Shown in pieces: positions 1-14,964 of a stretch of 64,000 bases of DNA; the first letter of the stretch is position 1; each line of letters begins with the position of its first letter. The stretch is from Octopus vulgaris (Eukaryota): contig OX597829.1 in assembly GCA_951406725.2 (NCBI GenBank), positions 23,870,001 to 23,934,000 of the forward strand. Direction: 5' to 3'. The translations under genes were made by a program, and so were the position numbers. Below the pieces are notes generated by a model. It was given only the letters and a program-made list of their open reading frames with translations. It made no database searches and had not been told where the DNA came from.

Positions 1-427
1 TATTTTTTTCTAATCCTGGTATTTATTTTATCAATCTCCTTGCCGAACTGCTAAGTAAACACACCAACACCAGTTGTTAAGCAGTGATGGGGGGGATAAA
101 AACACAAAGATACATACACAGACGCGTGTGTGTGTGTATGTATGTATGTATATGTTTTTTTTTTATAAGCTTAAAGCTTAAAAAAAAACATTTACAGAAT
201 TGTGAAATTCACCACTGCTTATCAAATCATTGCACACGCATGCACGCTCACACACACACACACACACTCTCTCTCTGAGCCTATTTCAGTTTCAGTCTAC
301 CAAAACCACCCACAAGACTTTGGTTGGCCCAATGCTATAGTAGAAGACACTTGCCCAATGTGCCAAGCAGTGGGACTGAACCTGGAGCCATGTGGTTGGG
401 AAGCAAGCTTCTTACCACACAGCCACG

Positions 428-460
<33 letters not shown>

Positions 461-1213
461 CACACACACAGGCTAATTCCCTGTAACTTGCTTTGTTAGT
501 GTGTGTGTGTGTGTGTGTACCAGATGATAACAGATGGACAAGATTTGTGACAGTTTGCAACCTTATCAACTGAAATACACGTGGGGGGAAAAAAATTAGC
601 AAGAGACAACATGAAGTTATTTTCTTATCATAAAAATTCTTGTACAGATAAATAACTATAAATATTGGGCTATAGTTAAATTATTCAGTCTTGGTAACTA
701 ATTTCTCCTTTTTATATTAGTTTTGTTGTAATCGTTGAAGACTGAGTCTTTGAGTTGTCCATGTATTGCATTCATGACAGTGTTAATTTATTCTGAAGAC
801 TTTACATTTTATCCTATTGATATCAAGATTGCTTTGTGTGTGGGTGTGTGTGTGCATTTGTGTGCAGTGTGTAGGTGGGTAGTTGCTGGTATGTATGAAT
901 TTTTTCTGTGAGAATAGATAATACTGCAAGCGAAAGTTAACTATTACCACCTGGCATTGTAACTCAATTTAAATGCACACACATACGCTCACACTCACAC
1001 ACACATACATAATAAATATATATAAAGAGAAAGAGAGAGTGACCATAAAGTCTGGATACATTATCACCATCTCTCTTTAACGTCCGATAGGTGAAAATCA
1101 CAAACTTATTATTCAATCAACAGAAAAAAAAATCCCAGAATATTAGATATTTCCCATGTATCTTGACTTTATGGTCACCTAGCACCTTGTATATGAGTCA
1201 TTTAACTGGAAGA

Positions 1214-1247
<34 letters not shown>

Positions 1248-4200
1248 TTCAGACTTTATCATGTTAAATATTTGCATTTAATACTCTTAAAAACTTTTCT
1301 CCACCTTTGTTGACATAAAAATTTCAATCTACAAAATCTGCCCCTCTACAACTTACTTGACCTGTTAGTAATAGCAGCCAAACCACTATCAGATTACATC
1401 CACCCACCTTATAAGAAAAATATTAAATATAAGATGAGATGGTCACAATTGGAATATTTTTGATCTATAGGTCAGTTAGGTCAGGACTAACCTAAGGCTA
1501 AACAACAGCTGTTACCTCTAATACTAACTACTGTGCTATACATTAGATAATGTAGTCCTAGATACACTATGCATGAATAAAATACGGAATGGGCACAGTT
1601 TGAACATCTACCAAGTAGGTCACATTATTATTATTACTGAGTGAGAGAGCAGTGCATACCATCAAAGTGACACTGGGGTAAAATATACGAAGCCCAGTAT
1701 ACCCATCATGACTACCTGTCTGATAAGGGTACACCAGGCACATACATCACAACCATATGTGTGCGACATGGTGATCTCATATCAAGATAAACAGCACATG
1801 ACCTTGCAGGTGGGGCCCAGTTAGAATTTTCTTCTGGTCGAGTAACCTATCCCACTCAAAAGGTCCCTGAATAAGAGTTGTTTAAAGATCATGATCATGA
1901 TGATGATCATCATCATCGTTTAGCGTCCGTTTTCCATGCTAGCATGGGTTGGACGGTTCTACTGGGGTCTGTGCAGCCAGAAGGCTTCATCAGGCCCAGT
2001 CAAATCTGGCAGTGTTTCTACGGCTGGATGCCCTTCCTAACGCTAACCACTCCGTGAGTGTAGTGGGTGCTTTTTACGTTCCACCCGCACAGGTGCCAGA
2101 CAGAGCTGGCAAACGGCCACGAACAGATGGTGCTTTCTATGTGCCACCGGCACGCGGGCCAGGCGAGGCTGGCAACGGACACGCACGGATGGTGCTTTTT
2201 ACGTGCTACTGGCACGTTGAACGAAACACCCATGTTTCCAAAGGTGAATTATCCAAACCCCAAAGACTCCCTCTCAACACATGGTTACGATGCGCCCCCA
2301 CTACTCCTGCTCATGGTCAGAGATGCACATATCGTCAGCCACTAAGGGACATGGTCAACTAGTTAAGGTCAAACAACTGACAAGTAAATCTGTGGTATTG
2401 AGCAGAATATTTGCTGTAGTCCATCTTTTATTCCAAGACAAAATTATTATTATTGTGGCAAGCTGGTAGAATCATCAGCATGCTGGGCAAAATGCTTAGC
2501 ATTTGATCTGTTCTGAGTTCAAATTCTGCTGAGGTTGACTTTGCCTTTCATACTTTCGGGGTCGATGAAATGAGTATCAGTGAAACCAGTGAATATAACC
2601 AAACCAACACTAGTTGCCAAACAGCTGGGGAGATTAACACTCACATACACACAATAGGCTTTTACACAGTTTTTGTCTAACAAATACACTCACAAGTTTA
2701 CAAGGTTTTTGGTCAGCTTGTGGTTATAGCAGAAGGCACTTGCCCAAGGTACAGCACTGTGGGGCTGAAACTGCTTTAAAACACAGTCTTCTCCTCCAAC
2801 ATTTCAGGCCTTGTGCTTTTGTAGAAAGGATTGTTATTATTAAAGCAGCAAGCTGGCAGAATTGTTAGCATGCCAGGTAAAATGGATTAGTGATGTTTCA
2901 TATGTCCTGACATTCTGAGTTCAAATTCTGCTGAAATTAACTTTGGCTTTCATCCTTTGGGAGGGGGGGGGGGGAAATAAAAAATGTACCAGTAATTGAC
3001 TCATTCTCTCCCCAAACTTGATGGCCTTGTGCCAAAATCTGGAGTTCTTTTTATTATTGTGATCTGGCAGAATTGTTAGCACCCTGGGCAAAATGCTTTG
3101 TAGCATTTTGTCTGTCTTTGTTATAAGTTCAAATGCCATCAAGGTCGACTTTGCCTTCCATCATTTCAGAGTTGATAAAACAAGTACCAGTTGAATATTG
3201 GGGGTTGATGTAATCAACTATCCCCTTCCTCAAAATTTCAGGTTTTGTGCCAACAGTAGAAAAGGTTATTTTTTTTTTTCATATTCTGCCGAGGTTGAAC
3301 TTTGCCTCTCATCCTTTCGGGGCTGATAAAGTACAAGTTACAAACTGGGGTCGATGTAATCGACTGGTCCCCTCCCCTAAAATTTCAGGCCTTGTGCCTA
3401 TTGTAGGAAGGATTATTATTATTATTCATCATTTAGGTTTATTTCTTAGTGATGTGGGTGGTAGTGTTTATTTCTGCCTTCATAGACCACTGCCAGTGTC
3501 GTCTAGCGTTTAACTTAATCCCCAAGTCCTAATTAATCTATGCAGTGAAACAAACATTTAAAATGCTTCACTGACGATTACTGTTTTCTTTGGAAAATAG
3601 GCCACATGGAATGAAAGAAACAAGAAAGAATATTTGGTCTGTAAAAGAAGCCCTCTGAAGTTTGCAGTGCTCTGCATTTCTCTTCAGTTCTCTAGTGTTC
3701 TGTTCTGCTAGTGCAGTGTTTATTAATCTAAGTGCAACGTCCATAATACGATAGTTAACCTAATTCCAACAATTTTCTCTTCTCCCATTTCCATTTTTTT
3801 TTTTTTATGGCATCAGATGGTAGATCAATATCAGAACACAAATAACTCTACTTGACGTGTGTGTGTGTGTGTGTGTGTGCAGCTGTATTTGTATCTATGT
3901 GTTGATGTGTATATGTGTATGTATGGGTATGTGAGAGTAGCTACATTTGTACGTGTATGTGCTATTGTGTTAATGTATACACGTTCCTTTGTGTGTGAAA
4001 CTGCGTTGTATGTATATATGCGGCGATGCGTATCTGTGCAGATGCATTTGAATATGTGTTGCGTCAGTGTCTGTGTGTGTGTGTGCAACCACATAGTATC
4101 TATATGTTGTGTATGCATATGTATATTTATGATGTGTACGTGTATTCATGCCTGTTCACCTGCTTAAATATGTATCTTTTTAGAACGTGTGTGTGTGAGT

Positions 4201-6787
4201 GTGTATCATTTTAAAATAGTTTTTTTTTTGTTGTATTTTCTTTCTGCTTCTATTTTATGAATAAATTGTGCCTCTGCTTTCTTCAAGTTTTCAAGTCGTA
4301 ATATATATTTTTTTCATCGCCTTGTAGTGTATGTTGAAACATACAAGTATGCTGTATTATGTATTTTAGTATTTATGTATCACTATCTATTAAACATACC
4401 TATCCACTCATGTGCATGTGTGCACACATACACGGATGTGTACATGCATGCACACATTACGTCATGCATCCTTTAAAAAAATGTTTTAGCCCGAAGGCCG
4501 CGGCCATGCTGGGGCACCACTGCTGTAATATGAAAATTAGTACAGCAGGGATTGCCACCAGCCCCTGCCGGAGCCTCGTGGAGCTTTAGGTGTTTTCGCT
4601 CAATAAACACTCACAACGCCCGGTCTGGGAATCGAAACCGCGATCCTACGACCGCGAGTCCGCTGCCCTAACCACTGGGCCATTGCGCCTCTATAAAAGA
4701 CCTGTGTCCCTGGGTGGGCAGTTTATATTTTTTAAATGATTTGATCATAGAAGAAAGTCAGTTGCTGATGGCCTTTCTCTAATGATCTTTCTAGCTCCTC
4801 CTAAAACCAATGAAGGAGAGGCGGGTGATAATTTTCACAACTCGAGGGTTAACAGAAGTATGAAGTGGTTCAGCCACTGACAGAGACCTCACCCAAATGG
4901 TTTTATCAGGAAATTACCCAAGGGCTAGCAAGGTGTTGTTGTGGTAGGGTTGTGGTGGTGGTGGTGGTGGCAATGGTGATGTAGGTGATGGCGGCGGCAG
5001 TGATATAGATGGGGGCGAGGGTTGCAGTGACTGATGTAGATGGAGGTGATGGTAGTGGTGATGTTGTCGATGATGGTGGTTGTGATAGTCATGTTAAGCT
5101 GGGCAACAGATTATGCCTACAAAACACACCTATCATACGACTCTCCTCCATCCACATGTTATACTCATGGCTCTCCACAACATGGCTTACACTACATATT
5201 CCTTGGCTCAGCTGCCTGTCTTTTACTACTCAAAATTGCGTTACCACTTTTCTGCATGATCTTTATTGTATGACCCTTGGCTCTGCTTTCCTTCTGCTGC
5301 ATCAATGAATCAATCCAACTTCATGGAGTTATGTAATACCTAACCAGTCCTACTCAATGTATTTATATCAATATCACTCTTTGAATATTCTAAACTAGGC
5401 GCGGGCATAGCTGTGTGGTTAGGGAGCTTGCTTCCTAGCTACATGGTTTTGGGTTCAGTCCCACTGCGTGGCACTTTGGGTAGGTGTCTTCCACTATAGC
5501 CCCGAGTCGACCGAAGATTTGTGATTGAATTCGGTAGGCGGGAGCTACTGCCATGTGTGTGTGTATGTGTGTGTATAGCTGCTCAGTGCCTCTCCGAAAG
5601 AGAGAGAGGGAAATTCCAGCGAGCAATATTTTCACAATTCAGAAGGCGGCAAGCTGGCAGAACCATTACTCTGCCAGGCAAAATGCTTAGCAGCATTTCA
5701 CTTGTTTTTTAACATTTTGAGTTCAAATGCCACTAGGATTGACTTTGTCATTCATCCTTTCAAGGTCGATACAAAAAATACCAGTTAAGCGTTGGGGTTG
5801 ATGTAATAGACTAGCCCCCCTCCTCTCCTGAACTTGTGCCAAAACTTGAAATCAATATTTTCTCAGTTAAGACAGATTATACCTCTAACTCGGAATATCA
5901 TCTTCATATTCTGGCACTTAAAACAAAACAAAACAAACAAAAAAAATAGCTTTTTTTTTTGTGCAGATTAATGAATGTAATTAATAAATGATGTCAGGAA
6001 TATAATGCAAGTGAATTCAAAAACACAGTCTTCAACAAATTGACAGTGTTTGTTAGAAAATAACAATGATAATAATAATATTGATTTGAACCATGAAGTG
6101 CAAGGCCAAGAATTTTGTAAGCAAAATTACAGTTAATTAAAGTTAATTACATTAAATTACATCAATACTAGTACTTCACTGTTACTTCATGTTACCAACA
6201 CTGGAAGAACAAGTAGTAGGATTAGAAAATATGACAAAAATGATTTGAGGACATACAATAGATTTTAACCCATTCAACCATTTTATTATAATAATAATAA
6301 TAATGGCCTCTCCCATCAAAGATGATGTATGAATGTTCAGCTTTTACTGAACAACTTACACAAATGATTTGTTTATAGTGATCAAATGTTTGTGCTATAC
6401 ATTAGTTCAATCCTTCCATCAAATAGACATTGACTGAATAATAATAATAATCCTTTCTAATATAGGCACAAGGCCCGGAGTTTGTGGGGAGGTGGATAGT
6501 TGATTACATCAACCCCAGTATTGATTGGTACTTAATTTATCAATAATAATAATAATCTTTTCTAATAAAGGCACAAGGCCTGAAGTTTGGGGGGAGAGGA
6601 CTAGTTGATTACATTGACCCCCAGTGTTTCACTGGTACCTAATTTATTGACCCTGAAAGGATGAAAGGCAAAGTAGATCTTAGCAGAATTTGACCTCAGA
6701 ACATAAAGACAGAAGAAATGCCATCAAGTATATTTTGCCTGGTGTGCTAACAATTTCACCAGCAAACTACCTTATATAGTAACAATA

Positions 6788-7153
6788 GCAAGAGCACTCA
6801 GAGTGCACAAACCTCCCCCAACGCAACACTAACATCCTCTCAACAATTAGCCAGAGATGATTTTTAAAATGAGAATATCTGAAATAAACTTGACTGCTCT
6901 TACAAACGAGAATACTAAAAATGAACCCGACCACTCTCAAAAATTAAGTAAAATAAACCGGAAAAATAATCCAGAATCCTTGTCTGGTCCTTGATCAATC
7001 CCAAAATGTAATCAGGTTGTGTCAGTTACAAGGCTAAACATCCTTGAAAGTTTCATCTCAATCCATCCAGTGGTTCTAGATATATCTTGTCCACAGACAA
7101 ACAAGCAAACATGACTGAAAACAATACCTCTGCTTTCACTAAGACGGAGGTAA
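6788..7153 (+). mobile_element. Helentron-associated (HINE/DINE-like) element
   Basis: 5' caagagcactcagag...acctcccccaa, an internal acagacaaacaagc microsatellite and a 3' hairpin tacctctgc...acggaggta, in a TAA-rich site. Confidence 0.6.
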
Positions 7154-7684
7154 TAATAATGGTTTCAAAGTTTGGCACAGGGCCAGCAAGTTCAGAGAAG
7201 TGGGGTAAGTCAATTACGTTGACCCCAGTACATAACTGGTACTTATTTTATTGACCCTGAAAGGATGAAAGGCAACGTTTACCCCAGTGGAATTTGAATT
7301 TTATGGTAATAATAATAATAATAATAATAATCATGATAATTCTTTCAAATTTTAGTGGTAGGGGTTAGTTGAGACCACCGACTCCAATACTTGATTGGTA
7401 CTTCAGTCCCAAAAGGCTGAAAGGAAAAGTCAACCTCAGTGGCATTTGAACTCTGAAAGAAACAGGGTCCAGAAGAAATAATAATAATAATAATAATTTA
7501 ATAATAATAATAATTTCTGAATAGGCACAAGACCAAGAATGTTGAGGACACTAGATTAGTCAATAGAAGAAAAAAATAGACAAGCAACAACTGGTGTGTT
7601 CAAAGGCTTTAATTAACTACAACTCCTCTCAAATATAACAATTTCATATGTCATTATTAAGAAACACATTTTTCTTTTCCATAG

Positions 7685-7725
<41 letters not shown>

Positions 7726-8505
7726 AGGTGATCTATGATCATTTGCCAATGTTTCAGAATTGTTAAAGAATTGGACAAAAGGTTTTGCTGTATCAAGTTA
7801 TAACTTGGAGTTCAGATTCAGCCAAGGTGGACTTTGCATTTTATTCTTCAACATTTGATGAAATAAAAAATACCAGTCATGGACTGGAGGTGGTGGTGGT
7901 GGTGATAGGAGGGACTGAACATAATGGTCAACCCACTACCACCACCCACCACCACCACCATGACTAACATTTGGAACCTTGTCTCAGTGTGTTTAGGAAT
8001 CAATATTTGTACTTAGGTGATGCCTGAACTTGTATCACAATCTGATTGTTCACAGTCACTTCTACAGATAATTAAGTAATTGTACCCCAGCCACACACAC
8101 ATACAAAACCTGTCTCTTTCACACTTATACATACACACAAAAGTGTACATACTTAAAAACACATACATTCCCACAAATGCATTTGCTCCGTTTTGATTTT
8201 TCACGCATCAACAATGTCCTCAGACAGTTTGGTGTCACAGGCTGAACTGATTGGTCAATTGGTTCTTGATTGGTGGTTCTATCATTCTGGCTGTTAAGTA
8301 GATCCAATATTCACTCTTAGATAATTTCATGATCAGATTATTCCACTGGCTGCATGGGCAAATGTTTGGTTACTGTTCTTTAGTCTTGATCCAACCTCAC
8401 TTTAGCAGACCCATTATCAAAGGTATCCCAGCTGTAACCATCTTGTTTTTTGTTCTTCCTCAGTGTAGTATACTCTAGGCTACATAGTCCAATGTATCCT
8501 TCATT

Positions 8506-8712
8506 GGTGCTGAAAAGTTCCTAGCTTTGGGTAAAAGAAAATACAGGAGGATCAATTGATTATGATTTTATTCAATATATTCCCCTCCCAGATTCACACA
8601 CTTATTGCAGTAGGTCTTCAGTTTTTCTAATTCCTGTAAAAGAACTTGGAAGGTTAGGCTTCCAGCCAGGCCTTTCATGATACTCTTAAAGCCAGGAACT
8701 TTTCAACATCCC
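8506..8712 (-). mobile_element. Mariner-derived MITE
   Basis: Inverted termini ggtgctgaaaagttcctagcttt / aaagccaggaacttttcaacatcc. The minus strand encodes a mariner-type C-terminus LEKLKTYCNKCVNLGGEYIE*. Confidence 0.75.
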
Positions 8713-9523
8713 CTTATGTATGATGGCAGGGTAGGATTTAAGGGAGAATTTGTTGCTATTTCTAACAGGTCAAACAATAAATATGATGTTTCCTTGTTAG
8801 TATTTGGTGACTGGTTAAGGTAGAAGTTTAAAAAGCAAGAGAACCATTTTCTGTGTTTTGTCTCTTTAACTCGTATTTTTCTTCCACTTCTGAATTTAGG
8901 ATTCAGCAACATCAATGACTTTTCTGTGGAGTCTCCAAGACTAGTAGGGGTGGATGGAGTTAAAATGGAAGGAAAAATCAAAAGTTGAGGGTGGTTGCTG
9001 CAGGCTACCTCACAACAACCTCTTTAGGTCACAGATGGATTCTGAATATTTACAACTGGATGGACTCTTGGCACCCAAGGACCAGGGGGTGGTGCTAATG
9101 TGGATGATGCTTCTTTTTACCAACCCTGACCAACGGTTCAAGACTTATTCTGCCATCCTGGAAATGGTTTCTTTTTTCTCCATTTCACTGACAAGGCTTG
9201 GGTTCTCTTGATGTTATGCTAGAAGAAAAGCACCAAGTGCTGGAATCTGACCTTAAGTCATGACATGGTGATGGTGATGTCAATTTCTGAACCATATAGC
9301 TATTCACACAATGAAAACTCTCAAAGGACCTCGTTGAGGCACTGAATGGTAGACATAGTAATGTATTCTTAATGAAATACTTCTAGGATGATGGTATTAG
9401 TGGTCCCACTTACTTGTAAAAGGCCAAACTTCATCACATCTAGGCTAATTCACTTTTAAATTAGTTGTGCTATTAGCTGTGCTGCAATACACACACGTGA
9501 CACAGATACTTGCACGCACACGC

Positions 9524-9572
<49 letters not shown>

Positions 9573-10520
9573 ACCATCACCATCATCACCATCATCATCA
9601 TCATGTCTATTTTTCCATGCTTGCAAGGGTTGGGTAGATCTTCGACAAAGCATTTCACCACTTGTTGTGACTCTTTATCATCTCTTTGGTGAGGTTCCGC
9701 ATTCTAAGATCACCTACCACCTTTTCTTCTTTGGCCCACTCTATACAATTACCATTTTTCAATATTCTACAGATACTTCATTTCATGAATTGATGTCTGT
9801 ATTGAGATATATTTGGATTTTTGCTGAAAGTATCCTTTTAGTTCTGTGTGTGTGTGTGTGTGTGTGTGTGTATGATTAAAAAGTAATGTAATAATACATT
9901 ACAGAGGATATATTATAGCAATAATTCATCATCATCATTGTTTAACGTCCGCTTTCCATGCTAGCATGGGTTGGACGATTTGACTAAGGATTGGCGAACC
10001 AGATGGCTACACCAGACTCCAATCTGATCTGGCAAAGTTTCTACAGCTGGATGCCCTTCCTAATGTCAACCACTCCGAGAGTGTAGTGGGTGCTTTTACG
10101 TGCCCCCAGCACAGGAGCCAGTCAGGTGGTACTGGCAGCGGCTACGCTCAAAGGGTGTCTTTTACGTGCCACTTACACAGGAGTCAGTCCAGTGGCACTG
10201 GGAATGACCTCACTCGAATGTTTTTTCACATGCCACCTTATGAATATATCAATGGCCAAACACGTTATCATAAAATACATAGAAGAAAAATGTTTATGAT
10301 TATGAACAAGTTGTAATTATAACCAAGAGGGTTTCAAAACCCTTGTTTAGAAATAGCAGTCATGTGTGTGCATGTGTTAGTACACAGTTCATACAAGTGA
10401 ATTTGTTTCCAGTCTTCTGTGGATAATGAGCATCTGGCTGTAGAAAATCTGCCTCAACAAATTCTGTTTGATTCATGCAAATACAGAAAAGTGGACATTA
10501 ACTGATGATGATGATGTTGG

Positions 10521-10757
10521 TATTTTCTGTTGTGTCTGGGGAGAGTCATTTTCTTTTTGTGCCTTATAATATAACACACTCATCGGTAAAATTTCCACTT
10601 TTTATTTTTATTTTCTTTAAAACTATTGAAAAGGTTACAAGACGCAACAAAAATTTTAGGAAAATAAAAATAGGAAATAAGTGGAAATTTTACCAATGAG
10701 TGTGTTATATTATAAGGCACAAAAAGAAAATGACTCTCCCCAGACACAACAGAATAT
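10521..10757. repeat. Foldback element (~80-100-bp inverted arms)
   Basis: ttctgttgtgtctggggagagtcatt...aaatttccactt is mirrored by aagtggaaatttt...ccccagacacaacagaa. Confidence 0.85.
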
Positions 10758-13700
10758 GCTTCAACGCATGAATTCATATAAAGAATCTTGCAAACCAAAT
10801 CCCAAAACGAAAGATGTTGGTATATATATGTATGTAAATTGTATTTTCATGTGTGAGCGTATATGTACGTATATGCACACATACATTTATGCATGTGTGT
10901 GCAAGAATATATATATATATATAACTGACATGGATGTATAATACATGCACAAAATTCAGGTGGATTGGACTTATACAGAAATGCACAACTAACATTTTTT
11001 TTTTCCTATGCACAGAACCATATCTGTTTGTGCTTTCATGCTCGACTGATGGTTGTTACAAAGTGCTGTTGTTGCTGCTGCTGAGTAGAAAAGGTTCCCA
11101 CTTCCATTCACCTCTTGTTAAACTCTGTTCCTTTCATCATCATCATCATCATCATTATCATCATTGTCATTATTATTATCATTGTAGTCATCAACATCAT
11201 TGTTATCATCAATCATCATTATTGCCATTTTTACATCTGTTTTTCCATGCTTGTATGGGTTGCACAAGTCTCCTCTCCCACAGCACCATGCCACTTGTTG
11301 TGATCCTTCGTAAACTCTTTGGTGAGATTCCGCACCATGAAATCAGACTTCATTTTTTTTCTCCCACATGTTCCTTTCACATGGATCACTTAGTAGTACT
11401 TCTTTACCCAACTGTCACCCCCCCCCACACACACACACATCACATGTCTCTACCACTTTAGACTTCTCTCTTACACACTACATCTCATTCCTCTTATACC
11501 CAATTTTTCTTTCATTCTCCTTCATTCACACAAACATTACACACCCGGCAAAGCATGCTGGCCTCATTTCTATCCAACCTTTACACATATTCTACATTCA
11601 GTGTATATGTAGAGCTACCATGTAACCCCACTCTTCAAATGTTTAAAATGTATGTGTATGCATGTGTACAAATGCTTGCATTTGTGCTCATATGCCTGTA
11701 TGGCTATGTACGTGTGTTCACATATGAATTGTGTGTATGTGTGTGCACATTCACTTCCTTGTGCCTGGATACTTCTATATGTTCTGTGTGTGTATGTATG
11801 TGTACACGCACATGTACCTGTGTGTCTTGATATGTCTGTGTATGTGTGTTTGCATGCATATCCCTATGTCTAGGAATGTGTGTGTGCACGTTTATATGTG
11901 TATACATGTTTTTATTTATGTATGTTTTTTGTATGTGTTTGAGTTTGTACATGCACAAATATTCATGTTTATGAATATTTGTGTATTTGTGCATATACAT
12001 ATGTCTGTATGTCTAGGAATGTCTGTGTGTGTGTTTGTACCTATGTTTGTATGTTTAGGAACATGTTGTGCGTGTGTGTTTGTTCATGTGTGTAAATGTG
12101 CCTATATATTTATGACTGTTTGTGTGTGTGTCTGCTCAAGCATACATATTATTCCTGTGTACCTGTTAACTTAATATATCTGTTGGTAGTTTCAGCAGGC
12201 AGCTAGTCAGTTGTTCGTTACGATTTCATATATTATGCTTCATTTAAATTATAAAAGAATGCTTATTATTACACTGTCTTGTAATAAGATAGAACAGCTT
12301 ACATCTTTTGTTTGCTAATAGTACAAATAACTTGGTTTGAGCTTACCAGAAATCAGTTGAAGGTTGACATGTTAAAATCTTGAGACTAATAACCAAAATA
12401 CCTTGAGTTTAACAGCACAACTATAGGGAAATATTACCTTGCTTGTAAATAGGTGAGCTTTGGTAATTGGAAGGGCATCAGTCTGCGGAAATTGGAAAAC
12501 CTACCTCAGCAAATTCTGTCTGGCCTATGCATTGTCATCATCATCGTTTAACATCCATATTGCATGCTGGTATGGCTTGGATTGTTTGCTAGGATCACAC
12601 CGACCCAGAGACAGCATTGTTCTCCAGTGTCTACTTTGGCATGGCTTCTATGGCTGGATCCCCCCTTTTTATTCTGATGCCAACTGCTTTACAGTGTGTA
12701 CTTGGTGCTTTTTATGTGGCACTGGCACTAGTGTGCCATATAGCTTGAAAGACCAAGATCCCTGTCAACTGAGTGGGGCCAGAATAGAGAGGAACATGGC
12801 TTTGTGTCCCCTTATTGATGCTCACATGGATAAGTGGACTTTGAAACAATAATAATCAATCAAGAACAGGTGCCATTCAGTTAATGACACATTTCTCTCA
12901 AACTCTGCCATTTTGTACCTCAGTAAGAAATTATTGTTAGTCTAAGAATTATAGACGGAGGAATCAGTAGAGAACTGGATAAAATTTCTTGTAAAGGGCC
13001 AGGTAGGTATGACATAATCCATTGATTCATATCATTCCTAATGATGATTGCTCATCTTGTCAGATTGTAGCTGTTTCATTCAGCTGGATTATTCCAGTTT
13101 ACTTTAATCCCTGCATGTGCACAAGTATGACTTTTCATGCCATACATCCATCGCCGTAAGACTTAATAAAATTACAAAACAGATAATGAAATTAAATGAT
13201 AGTGTAACATTTGTGCATCATTGTGTTTAAGTACTGAAAGCTTGTACATTTTTACCATTCTTTTGGTCATCCTAGTAGGTTCTATTTCAAGAAGACTGAT
13301 ACTATAATACTATTTTGACTGAATTTTACATCAAAGTATTTTGTTCCCCCAACATCACTTGACAACCGATGCTGGTGTGTTTACGTCAACTTAGCGGTTC
13401 GGCAAAAAGAAACCAATAGAATAAGTACTAGGCTTACAAAGAATAACTCCTGGGGTCAATTTGCTTGTCTAAAGGCGGTGCTCCAGCATGACCACAGTCA
13501 AATGACTGAAGCAAGTAAGAGTAATGTAATCCAGTGTATGCATTCGAAGCAGTACTAAATTAAAATGGTCCACTCTGTAACATAGTTAATGTATATACAG
13601 CATTGGCAGGCAAATTACTGCAGGTTTCATTTATGTTGGGATGATGTGACTGTAATGACATGCTATATTTAAAAACATAATATATATTGGAAGGAGTCAG

Positions 13701-14371
13701 TGAAAGGTTGGATTCTTGTGGTTCTATTTTCTTTATTCATTGGTGAGAAAATATAAAAAAAGTGTGCCAAAAATAAATTGGAATAGATCCAATTTATGAA
13801 AAATTGGCCAGGGACATAATGAAAAGAAATCAATATTTCTCGGAAATATTGATTTCTCATAAATCTGTAGGCTATTGGATTTACTGGCAGTTGTAATCAC
13901 ATTCTTAATATATGTTTGGTACATATTTTTCTGGGTCTAAATAGATAAAAGCTAACATAGGTGAGGCTAGAGGGATTTGAACTCAGAATGTGGATGAACA
14001 AACTGCTGCTATGAAGCATTTAATCTTCTGGTATGGGTTAGATGGTTTAACGAAACTAGTAAGCTGGAGAGCTGCACCAGGTTCCAATCTGATTTGGTAT
14101 GGTTTCTATGACTAGATGCCCTTCCTAACACCAACCACTCCAAGAGTATAATAGGCGCTTTCCATGTACCACCGGCATGGGTGCCAATTACATGACACTA
14201 TCATCAGCCTCAACTATGATTTCACTTGGTGTGATGTGTCTTCTCAAGCATGGCATATCACCAAAGGTCTCAGTCACTAGTCATCACCTCTGTGAGACCC
14301 AATGTTCAAAAGGTGCTCTTTATGTGCCACTGGTATGGGTGTTTGTTACGTGACACTGGCATCAACCATGA

Positions 14372-14933
14372 CTATGATTTCACTTGGCTTGACAGGTCTT
14401 TGTATATATTGTTAGTTTTAATAATTTCCCTGTATATTTTATGAACTTAATTAACATTTTAGGTTAGCATAAAAACTTCTTAACTTTGCGGGATCAGCAT
14501 CATTGTCATTTTAACGTCCAGTAGTTTATGCTTGCATGGGTTGGACGGAGTTTATTGAAGGAGAATCTTTTTGGGCTGGATGCCCTTCCTGTTGCTAACC
14601 CTCACCTGTTTCTAGGCAAGGTAATATTTTCTCATTGTTAGACATGTTCTTGCAGAATAGTGGAAATAAATGATGTTACTTGTATGACAATGGTTTTACA
14701 ACTATCATGCAAGGTCAAGATAAGGAGTCACATACATATATACAGACATCACTCCATACATGCTTCACTCCACACATGCATCAGATCATCAATCAATCAA
14801 TCAAAAGTGGCTATGGAGATAGTAAGTAGATAAACACAGTTGAACTTGAGTTGTGTGTGCTCCATGTAAATATATTTCAAGCAAAACTGTTTATCTACCT
14901 TCCTACATACACACACACGTGTGTGTGTGTATG

Positions 14934-14964
<31 letters not shown>

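Noticed and set aside
3831-4214. CV/HT/YI-rich ORFs here and at 11555-12174, 18240-18555, 26028-26466 and 39837-40472
   Set aside because: Translations of (CA)/(TA) microsatellites.
4620-4691. tRNA-like sequence
   Set aside because: It is the head of SINE family D, continues into the SINE body, and lacks a proper acceptor stem.
8870-9450. Possible LINE 5'/endonuclease relic (also 29530-30330 and 1630-2430)
   Set aside because: Motifs are too decayed to support a call without an alignment search.
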